Part shown: positions 13,101-25,700 of the stretch, piece by piece | Layout of the letters: every line of letters begins with the position of its first letter | Numbering within the stretch: position 1 is the first letter of the stretch | Assembly: GCA_036172245.1 (NCBI GenBank) | Contig: JAYWIR010000023.1 | Coordinates: 2,790,001 to 2,854,000, forward strand | Length of the DNA: 64,000 bases | Source of the DNA: Raillietiella orientalis | Taxonomy: Eukaryota | Reading direction: 5' to 3' | Notes under the pieces: model-generated | Told to the model about the DNA's origin: nothing | Databases searched by the model: none | What the model saw: only the letters and a program-made list of their open reading frames with translations | Position numbers and translations under genes: made by a program

Positions 13101-16100
13101 CAGATGAGCTTCCGAGAACCGCAAAGATTGGGCTCACCACGTGCGGAACGCCTCCCTCTGCGCCTCGCGGGATTCACATGCCTGCAGCGTCTCTCCTTCC
13201 GATGGACCACTGCGTTCGGAGGAGCCCTCGTGAGATGCGATTAAGTAACGAAGGTGGAAAGGCTGCTGGAAGTGTGCCAGTGCACTTCACGAAGGCCATG
13301 CCTTCCTCAGGTGACGCAACGGCTGCTCGCGCAACGCGCCCGCCTGTGTCGCGGAGCCCATCTACCACTTCGGGTGCTTCTCCAAGGAGCAGAGGCTGGC
13401 AACTGGAAGAGAGGAGGACACCTCCAGGCGCGCACCAATTCGCTTCGAGCACACGAACGGTCACGCACCGAGCGACTCGCCGTGCTCAGCGGACGACGAT
13501 GAGGGCGAGGGAGGGCAGGGAGATTTTGCGCTTCCTTAGACGCCGCCAAGGGTCGATCGTGGTGGTTTGTTTGTTGGGGGTCGGCAGGTTTCCGCGCCTC
13601 CCGGGCGACAGAGGGAAAAACAAAGGAAAGCAAAAAGGGAAAAAGAAGAGATGAAAGCACGGTCAGATGAATCTCAATCCGTTTCTCGTTTCGCTGGCCG
13701 GACCCCGTCTGGTTGAAGCGGAAAGAAACGTCTGATTCAGGTTATGTTGGCTGGGTCAGACACGGAGCTGCTGCTGTCAGCGGCGTGCGAAAATGATTGG
13801 TAGCCGCAGAAATCCCGAGTTCTTGCGATGAGTTCGGAAAAGCATTAGGAAACAAAGATCTTCCAGGCATCGCTCTCGATCATGAATTCCGAGCATTTGC
13901 TTCTGGGAGAGAGATCGCTTTTGTGAATGAGTGGGGGTCTGCTCATACATCTTCGTTAGCATGTTGGTCCTTCCCCCCCATTCTTGTCGCTGTTGTTGCC
14001 AGCAACCTCGTCTGCGACTCCTTACGATTTGGCAATCTCGAGTTCAATAACAGATACGCGTAACTCTGCATGCGCGCTCAAAGGTTGACGTGAGATGTGT
14101 GTTTTATTTCAGCCGTTTAGCAGCTTCGTGAGCTTTTCGAGTTCCATCTGACACCGCGCATCCATCACGCGCGGTGCAGGCATAAAAATGCATTCCGCTT
14201 GAGGAAAAGATGGAAGTTGCGGAATAGAAGGAAGATTTTCTTTTCCGCGTCGGTTTTTTTCTGAATCGATCATTCTCTGAAGCTGGAAAGTGACTGCTCC
14301 AACATTCGGGGCTGCGATGGATACCTTTTTTTTTTTTTTTTTTTTTTCCCCCTCCTCGGAATGGCTTTTGAAAAATGCCATGTTGGAGTCCAGTCTTCAA
14401 TTACGCTTGACGGAAGAAACAAATACATGCCTACAATGTAGTCATAGTCACGTTCGGAATAATCGATCGTTGCTATAGCTGATGGAAGAACCGTATCAGT
14501 AATAACACAATGCTATTAATAGTAAGGCATTCTTTTTCCCCTGTTTTCTTAGCATAAGGATGATTTCCGAGAAGAAAAGGAAGAATAAGAAGAGGAAGAA
14601 GAGAAGAAGAAAAAAAAACATATCAGACACTATAATTTACCCACCATCTCGACCCAGCTATTAAACCCAACATTAACTACTAAAATAAACGCCATCCACA
14701 TTAACCGTTTATCCGCAACTGGTGATTTTTTTCCTCTCTGTAAAGATATAATGTTGAACTTGCTGGGCGCAGAGATTGGCTGGGAGAGTTCGGTGTTTAG
14801 GGACAATTTTTTAATACCGAATTGCCCATCATTCATCGGGACGCTCATTAGACATCTGCGAAGCGATTTCTTGGTCCCCTGTTCTGCCTACATTAAGAAG
14901 CGAGAGACCAGGGATGGAATGTTCGTTTCCGCTTCTTGCGCAAGTCCAGTCCCGGCCTCGCGGATCGGCCAGGCCGATAACGCGTCGCCGTCGTCGTCGT
15001 CGGGAGCTCGCCCGGGGGCACGTACTGCGAGTTTCGTGGGACATGGCGGCGATCCCGACGGCGAGTGGTCGACGTGTGGACGGGGGCGCCTTCTCCGCGA
15101 GAGCGGGAGAGCGCGGTAGAAGGGAGACAAATGCGAGTCGGGTCCGGAGCTCGCGGCTCCCCCACGGATAATCTGCATGCCATCAATCCCCGCAGAAGAC
15201 TGCTTGCTCTCTTTCTTTTCCTTTCTCCTCTCCTGCTGCTTCGACGTCGGAATTTTCCATTTCCAGAGGTTTCGCTCGATATGCAGATCTGTGTACGTAC
15301 GTTTCGGACAGCAGACTCTTTTTTTCCCCTATGCGCTTGTACATAAAGGCATTCATATCACATACATGTGTGTCTCTCTCATAAAGTACACACATCATAC
15401 AACCATCATATGTTAATTATTTATTTGTAACCATAGGGTAATGCTGTCACCTTCAAGATGGCTGCCTAATTATAAGAAGGCAGTAAACATTTAAGGGTAG
15501 ACTATCAGGGGTGGTGGGTAGAATATGGGCGGGGACTCTGATGTTGTTTGGTTAGAATGCAGACACTGAGAATTAAGCACCTTTTTTCTGCTGTACACTG
15601 GACCACATTCACCTCGCACCCTATCTCCCTCCGGGTTAACGTGCATGCCGTAGGCAGCAGGACTGTCGAATCTCGTTCAGCATTTTTTCCTGTCGAAACA
15701 CGCGCGACGGAAGGGGTGAGCCTCGTAGTGAGGTTTCAATCTCCTCCGAAGGCTTCAAGGGAAAAGCCGGAACGGACGCAAGGGCGTCGGTGCCAGCAGA
15801 GAGACGCGCGCGCACCAGCATCGGGCTGAGCGAGGAGGGACAGATCGATTCGATGCGTTCCATTCCTGAGGGGAGCATCGGTAGACCTTTTTTTTTTTTT
15901 TTTGGCCCAACACGCCCACACGTTGGTTGACCACCTCCGTGCAGCATGCTGATTTTCCATACCCATGAGACGGCATTCACGTAGGCCCTGCAACCGAGGG
16001 GCTTGCAGTAACGTGCAGTGAGAACTCTGGGAAAAGGAGGGGGGAAGCGCCGTATCCGTGGCAGGGGGAAATCTCCTCGAGTCTGCCCGATGACTGCCCA

Positions 16101-16764
16101 CAACCTCTTGGTGGATGCCGCTGAGAGGCTTTGATGCTCCGGACCGGATGAGCCACCCATCTCAAGTCCGACTTCGCGGGCGCGATCAGCATGGCGGCCG
16201 AAAATGCAATCCGAAAATACACGGCGAGTGAACGTAAAAATGGTTCGTCAGAATTTGAATTTGCTCAGGGGCCCCCACCCGCAGCGGCGTTGAAGTAGCC
16301 GCTGTCCTGGAGGACAAGGTGCATGCGATCGAAGGGGTCTCGAAGAGGGGTGCAATTAAGCGATGAATGAAGCAGAGAAGGGGGATGGGCTGAATCTTCG
16401 GCCCGAACACGTACCGAGGAATCCCTGCCGCAGGAAGAGGCGGGAAGGGGGCAGCGGGAGAACGAGCAGGTCGTCCTCCCTTTATCGGACGCGGTTCCCG
16501 GGATTGCATTCAGGGCTTTCCCTGCGTTTTGGGTTCTGGGGGGCGCCATCTCCCGGCTAGCGAAGTGGCGGTGGTGGCCTTCCGAGCGCGCGCGCTCTCC
16601 GCTCACGCTAAGGGCGATCGTTCATCCGGCTCGGAGCCGGAGCGCCCATCCTTCCCTCCTCTCCTGTCGCGTTCTCACGGTTTGCGCGCGCGCGGGGCTC
16701 CGTTTTAGACGACGCGTCCCAGCTTCCAGAAATTCCAGGTCCCCTTCTCTTCCCGCGGTAGGCG

Positions 16765-17140
16765 GTGGTGGTGGTGGCTGTCGACCTTGATAGTGCAGCG
16801 GCACTCCAGGCTGCAGCGGGACCACCCGCCGCAGCCTGGGGTGGATGCCGGCAGGCGGAAGCTCCTTCGGTCAGGGAAGAGGTGCGCTATCGTCGACTGG
16901 GGACGAGTGCAGGACACCAACCCCTCTCCGGGCACGATCTTCCTCTCCAGGAGGCGGCTGCCTGCTCGCAGGAGTGACCCGAGGTTATCGAAGAGGCACC
17001 TCCCCCACACCAGGTGTGTGCCGCGCGTGCGCGGCGCCCCAGGGGGAAGAGTGGTTCTCCGTGGACGCAGAGGTTTCCGCCTCCTCGTGCGGGTGCTGGA
17101 GTTCCCGGGGATCTCCCCTCCATTGGAGGTTCCAGGTCGT
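16765..17140 (+). pseudogene. Decayed trypsin-family (S1A) serine protease, C-terminal half
   Basis: Across frameshifts and in canonical order: WMPAGGSSF (CLP region), GKRCAIVDWGRV (GWG motif, 16883-16903), LQEA, QVCAA (CAG motif) and GKSGSPW (GDSGGPL motif, 17044-17064). Confidence 0.5.
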
Positions 17141-17499
17141 CAAGAGAGGGAGACACCCCGCGCCGAACGAAGTCGACACGCCCCGTGGCGGGGTCCCGGT
17201 TCCTGCTCACTGGGTCGCGCGGTCTGTTCAGGACGACTGACCGCAATTACTCGGGGGGCCTGATAAAGGATACCGGGGGTAGACAATAGGGGAAGTGTCC
17301 CGTGAATGAGCCTATGGGGACCAAGTGTTTGTGGGCTGTGCCCCGGACGGATCGCGGCGCATTCTTTTGGCGAGTCGCTCCCGGCAGGGGTCCATTGTCC
17401 TCTTCCCAGGGGGAAAAAAAAAAAAGGTCATAAAGAGCGACGAAGTCGCTCCTCCTCGGAGTCCCCGTCTCTCCCACTCGCCTCCCCCGCATCCCTCCC

Positions 17500-19000
17500 G
17501 GCATCTGGCCCTCCCTAATTGGCGGTCAACGACGGTCCCGACCTTTCGCCTGGACCTGGCATGCGCGTGACGGGGATTGCTGCTCGCGGGCGCATCTGCA
17601 AGTCTCCACTGCCGGGCGCGGCTTTCCTGGGAGTCCTTATCCCCGGGGTGTGGGCAGCATCCCGCCAGGGGGATGGCATCAAGCTCGGGAGCGAAAGGCA
17701 CGCGGTTGTGTGGAACGGGCGGCCGCGCCTTCCGCCCGCCGCGTCCGGGAAGGACAAGGCGACCATCACGACGTGCTGGCGGCCCTGGGTAAGGAAAGGA
17801 GGGGAGGAGGGGCGGATGCAGCGGATCCTCTCTTTCCTCTGCCGAGGGGAGGGCACCAGGGTCCGTCAAAGTGACTGCCGTGGGACGTATCGGGATGAGG
17901 CGAGTGACGAAGACCGGAAGATCCCAAGCAACGGGCAGGATCTCATCTTCCAACGGGAGGAAGGGGCTGCGCTGCAGCGCTCGCTACTCCAGACTCCCTA
18001 TCCCACAAATCCTCCCCGAACGTCCTGCGAGACCGCGCAGAGTCCTGTGAAGACAGGTGGGACGGAGAAGGCAGCCAGATGGGGCCGTCCTCTGGTGATG
18101 ATCAAGGATCATTGGTTGCAACCCCAGGAACAGCTCCTGTAGACATAAGAGTGAACCCTTAGAAGGGGTTGGGGCCCACATCCTTAGGAGACGGTGAACC
18201 GCGAAGGGCGAGGGAGCCCTTTCTACGCCATCAGCAGAAGAGGAAATCGTCTTCTTCCGTGCCCGCCCTGCTCCTGGAGGGAAAGGGACCCGTGAAGGGG
18301 AGGCACTCCCCACAGAGGGGGGTCCCACCCTGGTGAGTGGTTCCCGAGTGGGGACCAAAAGTCCTCTTCCTCGGTCGTGTTTCTCCCGATCTGCTCCGGT
18401 GGGGTCACTCCGGACTGCTTTCTCGAGACACTTTTTTCCCAAGAATGGCCCCGAAGGGCAGTTCCTCCTGCTGGGTTCCTCCATCCTTCATTCCGCTCCC
18501 TCCAGAGAGCTCCCGCCGGAAGGTCAAGTTTCTTGCTATTCGTGAGAGGCTTGGGGATGGCCTAGTAGCTGCCGTTTCTTCCCGCGGGAAGAAGCCCGTC
18601 GGACGGGCGGTGGAAGCAGATTCGCCTTCAGAGGCGAGGAGACGGGGTAGGGGGCTGGGAAAGAGAGGGAGAGAGGAAGGCGCGAGGCCCCACCTGCAGT
18701 CGCTCTTCTTTTCTGCACCAGATCTCTCGGGGTAGAGGGGCGGGGAAAGCCTTCGCCCTTGTCCTTCGAACGCAGAGAAGAGGGAGGAGCAGCGGAGGGC
18801 AAAGGGCCTTCGAGGAGTCTCTCCGACAACGGGCCGCATCCCTTGCCTGTCTCCGCAGCGTTTTTTGGAAACGGTGGCGACAGCGATAAGTGATGGAACA
18901 GAATCTCCACCTGAGGTTTCCGATATCTTCAGGAGAGGTGAAGACTCCCTCGTCGCTGTAGGAGCTCCCGAACATCCGAAGGGAAGGACGAGGTCAATCC
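17500..19000 (-). mobile_element. Decayed I/R1/Jockey-group LINE reverse transcriptase
   Basis: Collinear fragments: SASTARPTGF (SAPGPDG-like), AILGKKVSRESSP (PILKPGK-like) and DGVERAPSPFAVHRLLRMWAPTPSKGSLLCLQELFL (DxEKAYD...G.LL..I..FL-like). Confidence 0.45.
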
Positions 19001-20739
19001 ACTTCTCCCCTTCCCTTTCCCTTCTCCATCCCTGCCCGTCTCAGGCACTCCTTCCCTGCGGGGACAGGAGGTGAAGGTTCGGTAAGGAACGGGAGAGAGA
19101 AGGGAACGTCCCTTCTCGCTGCCCTTTCCTACCTTTCCTACCCCCTCCGGAAGAGTGGAACCGGGAAGAAAAAAGGAAAAGACAAAGAGACAGGCGGGAA
19201 GGGGAGGGGGGAAGAGAGTTGGACTCCAAAGAGCGCCCGCCTACATGCCGGACGCCCACCCTAGAAGGTTCCCACCCGAACTCCACCCGCAGGGGCCGAA
19301 GGGGCGTGGTACTCTTTTCTCCTTGAGGGGAAAAGGTTGGATCCCGGCTGGGTTGACGTGCGCGGGCCGCCTGTCTGAGCGACCGCGGGAAGGGCGTCAC
19401 CGGACTTCTGCCGCCACTGCCGTCCCCTTCGGGAGGGGAAACAGCGTTACCCCGACGAGATTGCCCGTAGGAGCGCTCCCTTCCCCTCTCATCCCGGAAC
19501 GACGCTCCGCCGGCGTGCTCCCGTCAGGGAGACGCTAATTGGAGGGGGAGGGCGGGGGACGCGGCGCCTTTGCATCATCCCGGGAGCGTCCGACAGCTGG
19601 ATCAGAGCGAGGGAACTCTCCATTCCTCTTCCCTCCTCCCCCTTCCCTCGTTCCCTCATCCCTCCGCTCGTGCATTTGTCGGCGGACGGTTGGGACTTTA
19701 ACGGGACCGGGAGAACGGCGGGACGGAAGTCCTCCCTCTCGGGAGCCACGACCTGGAAACGGAAGGACGGCGGCTGGACTCTCCTTTCACTCGGGTCCCG
19801 GACTTTAGGCAGTGGAGAGAACTCAACGAGAAAAGGGGAGAAGAGGGAGGAGGGAAGGGGGGGATGAAGAGAAAGAGCATGGATCTCGCCAGAAGTGAAC
19901 TGTAAGCAGGGAAGGAAGGGGAGGGGGAGGGAAGGAGGAGATCGACAGAGATTCCCTATCCCGTTCCTGGTTCTCTCTTCTGTCTCTCGTCGGGAGGGAA
20001 GGTTCTCTCTTCTCGGGGGGGCGCGCGAGGGATGGGGTAGTGTGGTGGTGGACGGGTTCACGGATTATTTCTTGTCGCCGTCCGGGTGTGGAGGGGAAAT
20101 GGCGAGGAAGGCAGGCATCCGCTATGTATACCGCTGCCTGGCCCGCGCCTCTCGTGAATTTTCGCTGCAGCTCGGATGGGGGAGTTGGGGGGGGGAGGAG
20201 GAGGAGGAGGAAGAGGAAAGGGAGAGAAAAGGATGGAATGAGGAGGGGAAGGGGGAGGAAGGGAGGAGGATGAATGGAGGGGAGCGATAGCAGCGGGAGG
20301 CGGCAGCGGCAATCGGCTTCCCGGCATTCCCTTCCTCCTCCTCTCCCTTCTCCTTCCCTCCCCCTCTCCCCCCCGGGCTGCAACGGAGGCGCATAAGGGC
20401 AGCCATGCGGGAGGTCGCGACCTCCCGGCGTTAGCGACGACGCCAAGGGCGAGGATCGCGACACCTGCAAGGGGGACGCTGACAGGAGCCCCCTCGCCCC
20501 ATTTGTCACCTCTTCGTGGGAGAGGGGGTGGGGACCGCGGGAAGGCGTCGCAGGACGGCGGCTCACCGGGTGGCGCCGCCGCCTCTCCTGCCACCTCGGC
20601 CCCCTTCCGCTGCCAGCCATCAGTCCGCCTGCCTTTCCTTACCTCTCCCTGGAAGCCGGAGGATAGAAGGTTGCGGGGGGAGGAGGGAAGGGGGAGAGGG
20701 GGAGGGGAGGGGCGTGCGAGGGTTCCGGCGACTTTCCCC

Positions 20740-21300
20740 TCTACCCACGCGGCAGCGGTAGGTCTTCCTCGCCTCATCAGCGCCGCCCCGCGGCGGGCGC
20801 CCTGATTGCTCCGGCACTCGCTCGGAGGAGACGATCCGGCAACGAGACGATTCGTCCGTGACGACGGTCCTACTCCCTCCTTCTACCACCTGGCGCTTCC
20901 TTCTCCCCCGATGCTGTGGGGGTGCGGGGCGTTACCCCCTCAGACAGCCGTTGCAAAAGACCTCTCTCTGCTTTCCTCCCCTCTCCAAGGGTTGGACTCT
21001 TCGCTCCGCCCCTAAGAGAGATGACTAGGAAAGAGGCACGTCCCTCACCTTTCCTCCTCCTCCCGCTTGCTGATGTCTTTCCAGACCGGCGGCGTCTTCT
21101 TCAGGGAAGGGAGAGGGGGAGGATTCCGCCATCCCGCCTTCCATTTTTCTCCCTCCCTTTATCCTCCCTGTCCCCTCTCTCGAGGTGAGACGGAGATCCG
21201 GATCGGCTTGCAGAGGACCGGATTTCCAGGGAGAGGCGGGATGAGCTCCATCATCCCGGAGATGAGTCTTTCGCCTCCTCATCCGGGACGGTCTTGTCCA
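20740..21300 (+). mobile_element. Possible highly decayed LINE RT fragment
   Basis: Weak collinear echoes only: LISAA (DLSAAFD-like), RRFVRDDG and PLADV (FADD-like). Confidence 0.25.
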
Positions 21301-21999
21301 TCGCGTGGAGAACGATCGGAACGCGGCGAAGATGAACTTCGCGGGGAGGCCAAAGAGGGGCAGCGGGTCGCGCGTGCGCGGGGAGAGAGCGGAAGCGTCG
21401 CTTCCCGGGAAAAGGAGGCACTCTTTCTAAGGGAGGAGGGTCCAGCGGGACCACTCAGGGACGTTGACGGGTGATGAAACGTCTTACCTCGATTTGCAGC
21501 TCCCGGTCCCCTACTACCCGGGATCCAACCCCTCCCGCTCTCGGAGTAGGCCACCCGATTACAATTGAGGAAGCTGGAGGCTCCGCCTCTCTCGTACTGT
21601 AAAGGATTCTCCTAAAGGATGACTCTAACGTCAGAAAGGGAGCACAACTAAAAAGAAGGAAAGACGGACGCGCTGATCCAGAATCTTTTTTTTTTTCCCT
21701 TTCCCTCTTCCTTTCCAGGGTGAGGAGGGATGGTCGTTGTCTAGAGGCAAGCAGGTAGAGAGAAGTAGAGACAAGTAGGCTGAGATCCGGAGGGATCGAA
21801 CGCAGATGCTTCTCCCACACGGTAGTTCTCTCCCCGTCCCCATGTCCTCCTATTCTTTCTCGCATCACATCGCCTCTTCGCGGAAGCGTTCGCGCCCCCG
21901 ACGAATGCTGCCGTGGGGGATCCCTCCGCGGGGATTCTGAATCTCCGGAAGAGACGCTCACGGCCAAGGCGATTCGGTCCTCCGGAGTTTTTTCGGCAG

Positions 22000-22125
22000 G
22001 ACGCGCACCTCGGGCTGCGCGCCAAGATCGAGGTCTCCTCCATCTACGAGGCTCGCATCTGCAGCCGCCGCTCGGCGTGCCTCCGCCGCCAGGCGGCGGC
22101 GCTGTGGGTGTGTCGCCGGTGGTAA
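22000..22125 (+). CDS. Probable isolated coding exon or exon relic, product unknown
   Basis: Follows the acceptor-like TTTTTTCGGCAG (AG at 21998-21999) and reads DAHLGLRAKIEVSSIYEARICSRRSACLRRQAAALW. 35 of the first 36 codons end in G/C. No partner exons were identified. Confidence 0.35.
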   Translation, partial: DAHLGLRAKIEVSSIYEARICSRRSACLRRQAAALWVCRRW

Positions 22126-22899
22126 ACCTGGGTGGCCGAGGGAGTTCCGCGCCGTTGCGGGCGTTTCGTCCTGCCTCCAAGGAAGCGATGCACTCTTCCT
22201 CCCTGAGGCAAAAAAGGCGCGGAGAGCACGAGAGCACAGGGTGCGACCGTCCGCCTCCCGTGGAAACGCGCAGCGCTTGCCAGAGGCTTTCGAGAGCGTT
22301 CCGTGAGGGAGAGAGAATGGGGAGAGGGGGAGGGAGGGACAGAGAGAGAAAATGAGAGAGACGGCAGCGCCACCCACTCGAGAGGCGAGGAAAGCTCTTC
22401 TTGTTCCTGGTTTCGTTTTTTCGCGGCGAGCGGAGGTTTCTTGGACGGGACCTCACAGGCAGCCGCTTCTCAGAGCCTCTCTGTCCCGAGCCCACTTGTT
22501 TCGGATGGGCGGGACACACCCCTATTGCTGCTTTGGGTGGGCCAGTCACGATTCAGCTGTTCTCGAAAAGAAGGGAGAGAGAGAGAGGAAGAAGAAGAAG
22601 AAGAAGAAAAAAAAAAGAGGAGGAGGAGCGGGAGGATAAAAACGAGAACCGTTTCCATGGGAAACGGAGTAGGAGGGACAGTTTCTGAAAGAGAGGTCGG
22701 CAGCAGACGTGTTCAGCTCCCGATCTCCAGCCCTGTCTGCTCCAGTCCGGAGGTGATTCGGTGGAGGCACCGCCAATGTCCCGAGCTCTCCGCCACCCAA
22801 AGCAGCTTAGGACGCGCGCGTCTTCCACAAGCAGGGACTGATTTATTGGTCCATTAATTCGGCAACCCATCGGGCGTTCAACCTCGAGCTGCATCCGCG

Positions 22900-25700
22900 T
22901 GAGAGAAGAATCCAGCGACTCCAACGCTGGGTGACGGAAGGGGGGATCATTGGGCCGTTTGCTCCCCGGGGGCTCGCCGCCACAGCCTCCTACCCGGCGT
23001 GGCTTCGGAGATACCGCCATCGACAGCCTTCAGTCGGAGAAGCGGCTGTCCTCCTCCTCTCTGCTCTCCCTGAACGCAAGGTGTCGGGCCGAGTCCTGGT
23101 TCCTGCGTGACACCGCCACTTGGCCTCCGCCTCTGCTGCCAGGGATGAGCCAGCGAAGGAGACAAGCATCGGCAGGGACAGGGCAGTTCTGCCCTGAAAG
23201 AGAGTCGCAGACGGCCGGGTTGGCGCACTTGAGAGAAGCGCTCCCTTGCGGCTCAGACAGACGCGTTATCAGGGTTTCGAAGGCGGGAGGCGGAGGGACG
23301 GGCGACCGTGGGAGGGAACCGCACGCCCCACGAAACCCCCACGAGGTCTCTTCGTGAAGGCACAGATCTTTTCCGACTCTGCGAGGAGAAGAAGACCTTG
23401 GTCTGGGCTGCAGAGCAGGATGTTTCCAGCGAATCTGATCTGCAGGTGAGAAGCTTTCCGATAACGAGAACTAGAGGGAACAAAGGGCTGCACGGAACTC
23501 GGAGACGAGCTGGGAGCAAGCTGAGATCTCCAACAGGTTCCCCATGGGGACCTGCAAGGAGGATACAGTGTCCTGCTGATCTTCTGCTACCATTCCTTCA
23601 TCCTACGATTCTTTCGGTCCTGACAGCTGTCAATAGGGAAGGTCAGGGTTCGAGTGGACAGGGGACTGATCTCTCATCAGCAAATTTTTCGTGGTTAGGA
23701 GAGACTCGAGGTCTGAACCTGCGTTTACCACACGATGAGCTCCCTCTTATTCCAGAAGAGCTAATGACCCTTGTTTCTACGCGGATAAGGATCTTGCCAA
23801 ACTCTCCACCGAAGATGACCGGCAGCCAAGAAAGACTGCTGCAAGAAAGGCTGCCCCTGCCACCTTCCCCGGATGGCTAACCTGTCGCGGATGCTGCAAG
23901 GAGCGCGGTAAAGAAGCATAGTGGCACATCAAGTCCCGGGATTAAACAGAGAATCGAGGGCATGAGGTGATCAGCAGTTCCAGATTGAGAGCCGAGGGGC
24001 TTCCCACCTTCCCGTCCTATCTAAAAGTTCCTCCAGTCAGGGACTCGGGAACACGACCATGTCGATGAACCATACCGATTTTGTCCTGGGTTCTCCGACT
24101 GAGAGCGTCCTCTTTGCAATCCCAGACTGCCTCTGTGACAGAGCAGGGACCGGACTCTTCGGCTCTCCCTTATCGATCCTCGCTGCTTGGCAACCGAAAA
24201 AAGTTCCCATTCCTCTTCTTTCTTGAAGGAGAAGCGGAAAAGAAGGATCCTTTTCTCCCGAAAGAGGAGAAGGAGGGGAACATGATCCCGCATCCTTGGA
24301 GGATTTTCAGAAAGTCCTGGGGTGGCTTTGAGATGTCAGGCTTTCTTGCACCCGTCTCACAGCAAATGGATCAGAACCTGATGCTGCGGCCTGGTAGACC
24401 ACAGCAACAGGTTGTGCTGTAGTACAACCTGATAATGCAGTTCACGCAAAAATAACCACAATGATCTTCTTTCCGAATAACGTTATGGCAAGGGTTCAAT
24501 GATTTACTGATGCTGATCAGAGCAGCAGGACACTCACGCGAGGTTCCGAGGATTCTCGAGTCACAGATGAGAAGCAGTTTCCACAGTGCGCGAGAGAGTA
24601 TTTCGTGTTTCATCAGGACCATCCGCCTGTGCAACCACAGTGCCGCCTCTCGACGACAGAGTCCAATGGATGCTTGGCTACTCTTCTCAAGGAAGAGATC
24701 AGCTGACCTTTTCGCGACTGCAGCGGGCATCCCAAAAAGTCCTTCCTCAGGTTCTAAAGGGAGCATCCATCAGATGTCGCGTTTCATCATTTTGCTTTCC
24801 GCACTCCCCACTTCGGAGATGCACTGCAAGGAAGAACGGAAAAACCTGCCAAGTCTGACCATCTGGTGAGGTCAACCTGCTCTTCTTGAAGTGAGCCGCT
24901 CGTAAGCTTCGGATGCCGGAAAAAGATGCCCGGCTTATTCTTCTTACTGCTGCTTGGAATCTCCAAGGGAACTGTGCAAGAACGCGAGCCCGTGACCTTT
25001 GGATTTCCGCGTTGGGCATACAACTTTTTAAGCATCTTTTCTTCCAACCATGGTAATTATGTGCAACCCGTGGGGCTGCTCGCAGGAGTTCCTGAACGCC
25101 CTTGTTAACCTCAGTGTCTGATTTCAGACCTCAGTGTTAATGTCAAAAAGCAAAACAAAACAGAAAAATATTCAGCAGTCCTTTTTAGCCCTGAAACGAC
25201 AAGCTAGGATGCAGGCAAGGAACTTTATTTCACTTCTCGGTGTTCTTGCGCGTCGGTGGAGAATCCTCGCTTCCGGGTTTGCCGTGCCTTCCGTACGGAA
25301 GCTCAGTGATCCTGCCTTCCCTTTTCGACCTTCTTCCGGTGTGTTCCTCAAGACTAAAGCGTGTTCCACGCAAGAGCATTGCTACTCCGTTACATTCGTT
25401 CTCTCGAGGCGAAGCTGTCGTATCCCCACCAGCAATAGCGACCATCTCATGAGGAACGCGGCTTAAGGGGCGGAATGGATGCTGGGAAACCCATGCCCGC
25501 TCACGCTACGGGAACTTTTCAATGGCTATCCTGTCGAGAGAAACGACACCCTCCCTGGCCAGCATAGGGTGCCTGCATCAGGCCTGCTCGCTTGTCTGGC
25601 TCCCTGAAGAAAGCAAGCACGCGAGAGTTCCCTTGGCGCTAATGCCACCGTACTTTTTGATTCCTTCACCCTTGAACTGCCCTCGAAACTGCAACGGGCT
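22900..25700 (-). mobile_element. Decayed L1/Tx1-like LINE (endonuclease, linker and RT; possible ORF1 remnant upstream)
   Basis: Collinear motifs: LWKLLL (WKLN, ~24570-24590), IPGLDVPLCFFTAL (SPGPDGLPxEFY, ~23900-23943), LRVPCSPLFPLVLVI (GVRQGCPLSPLLF, ~23460-23505) and ARHLAFRE (WxxRxLSxxGR, ~23065-23090). Confidence 0.65.

Noticed and set aside
13800..14030. Possible RTE-like LINE C-terminus (KDQHANEDV) on the minus strand
   Set aside because: A single short motif is not enough support.
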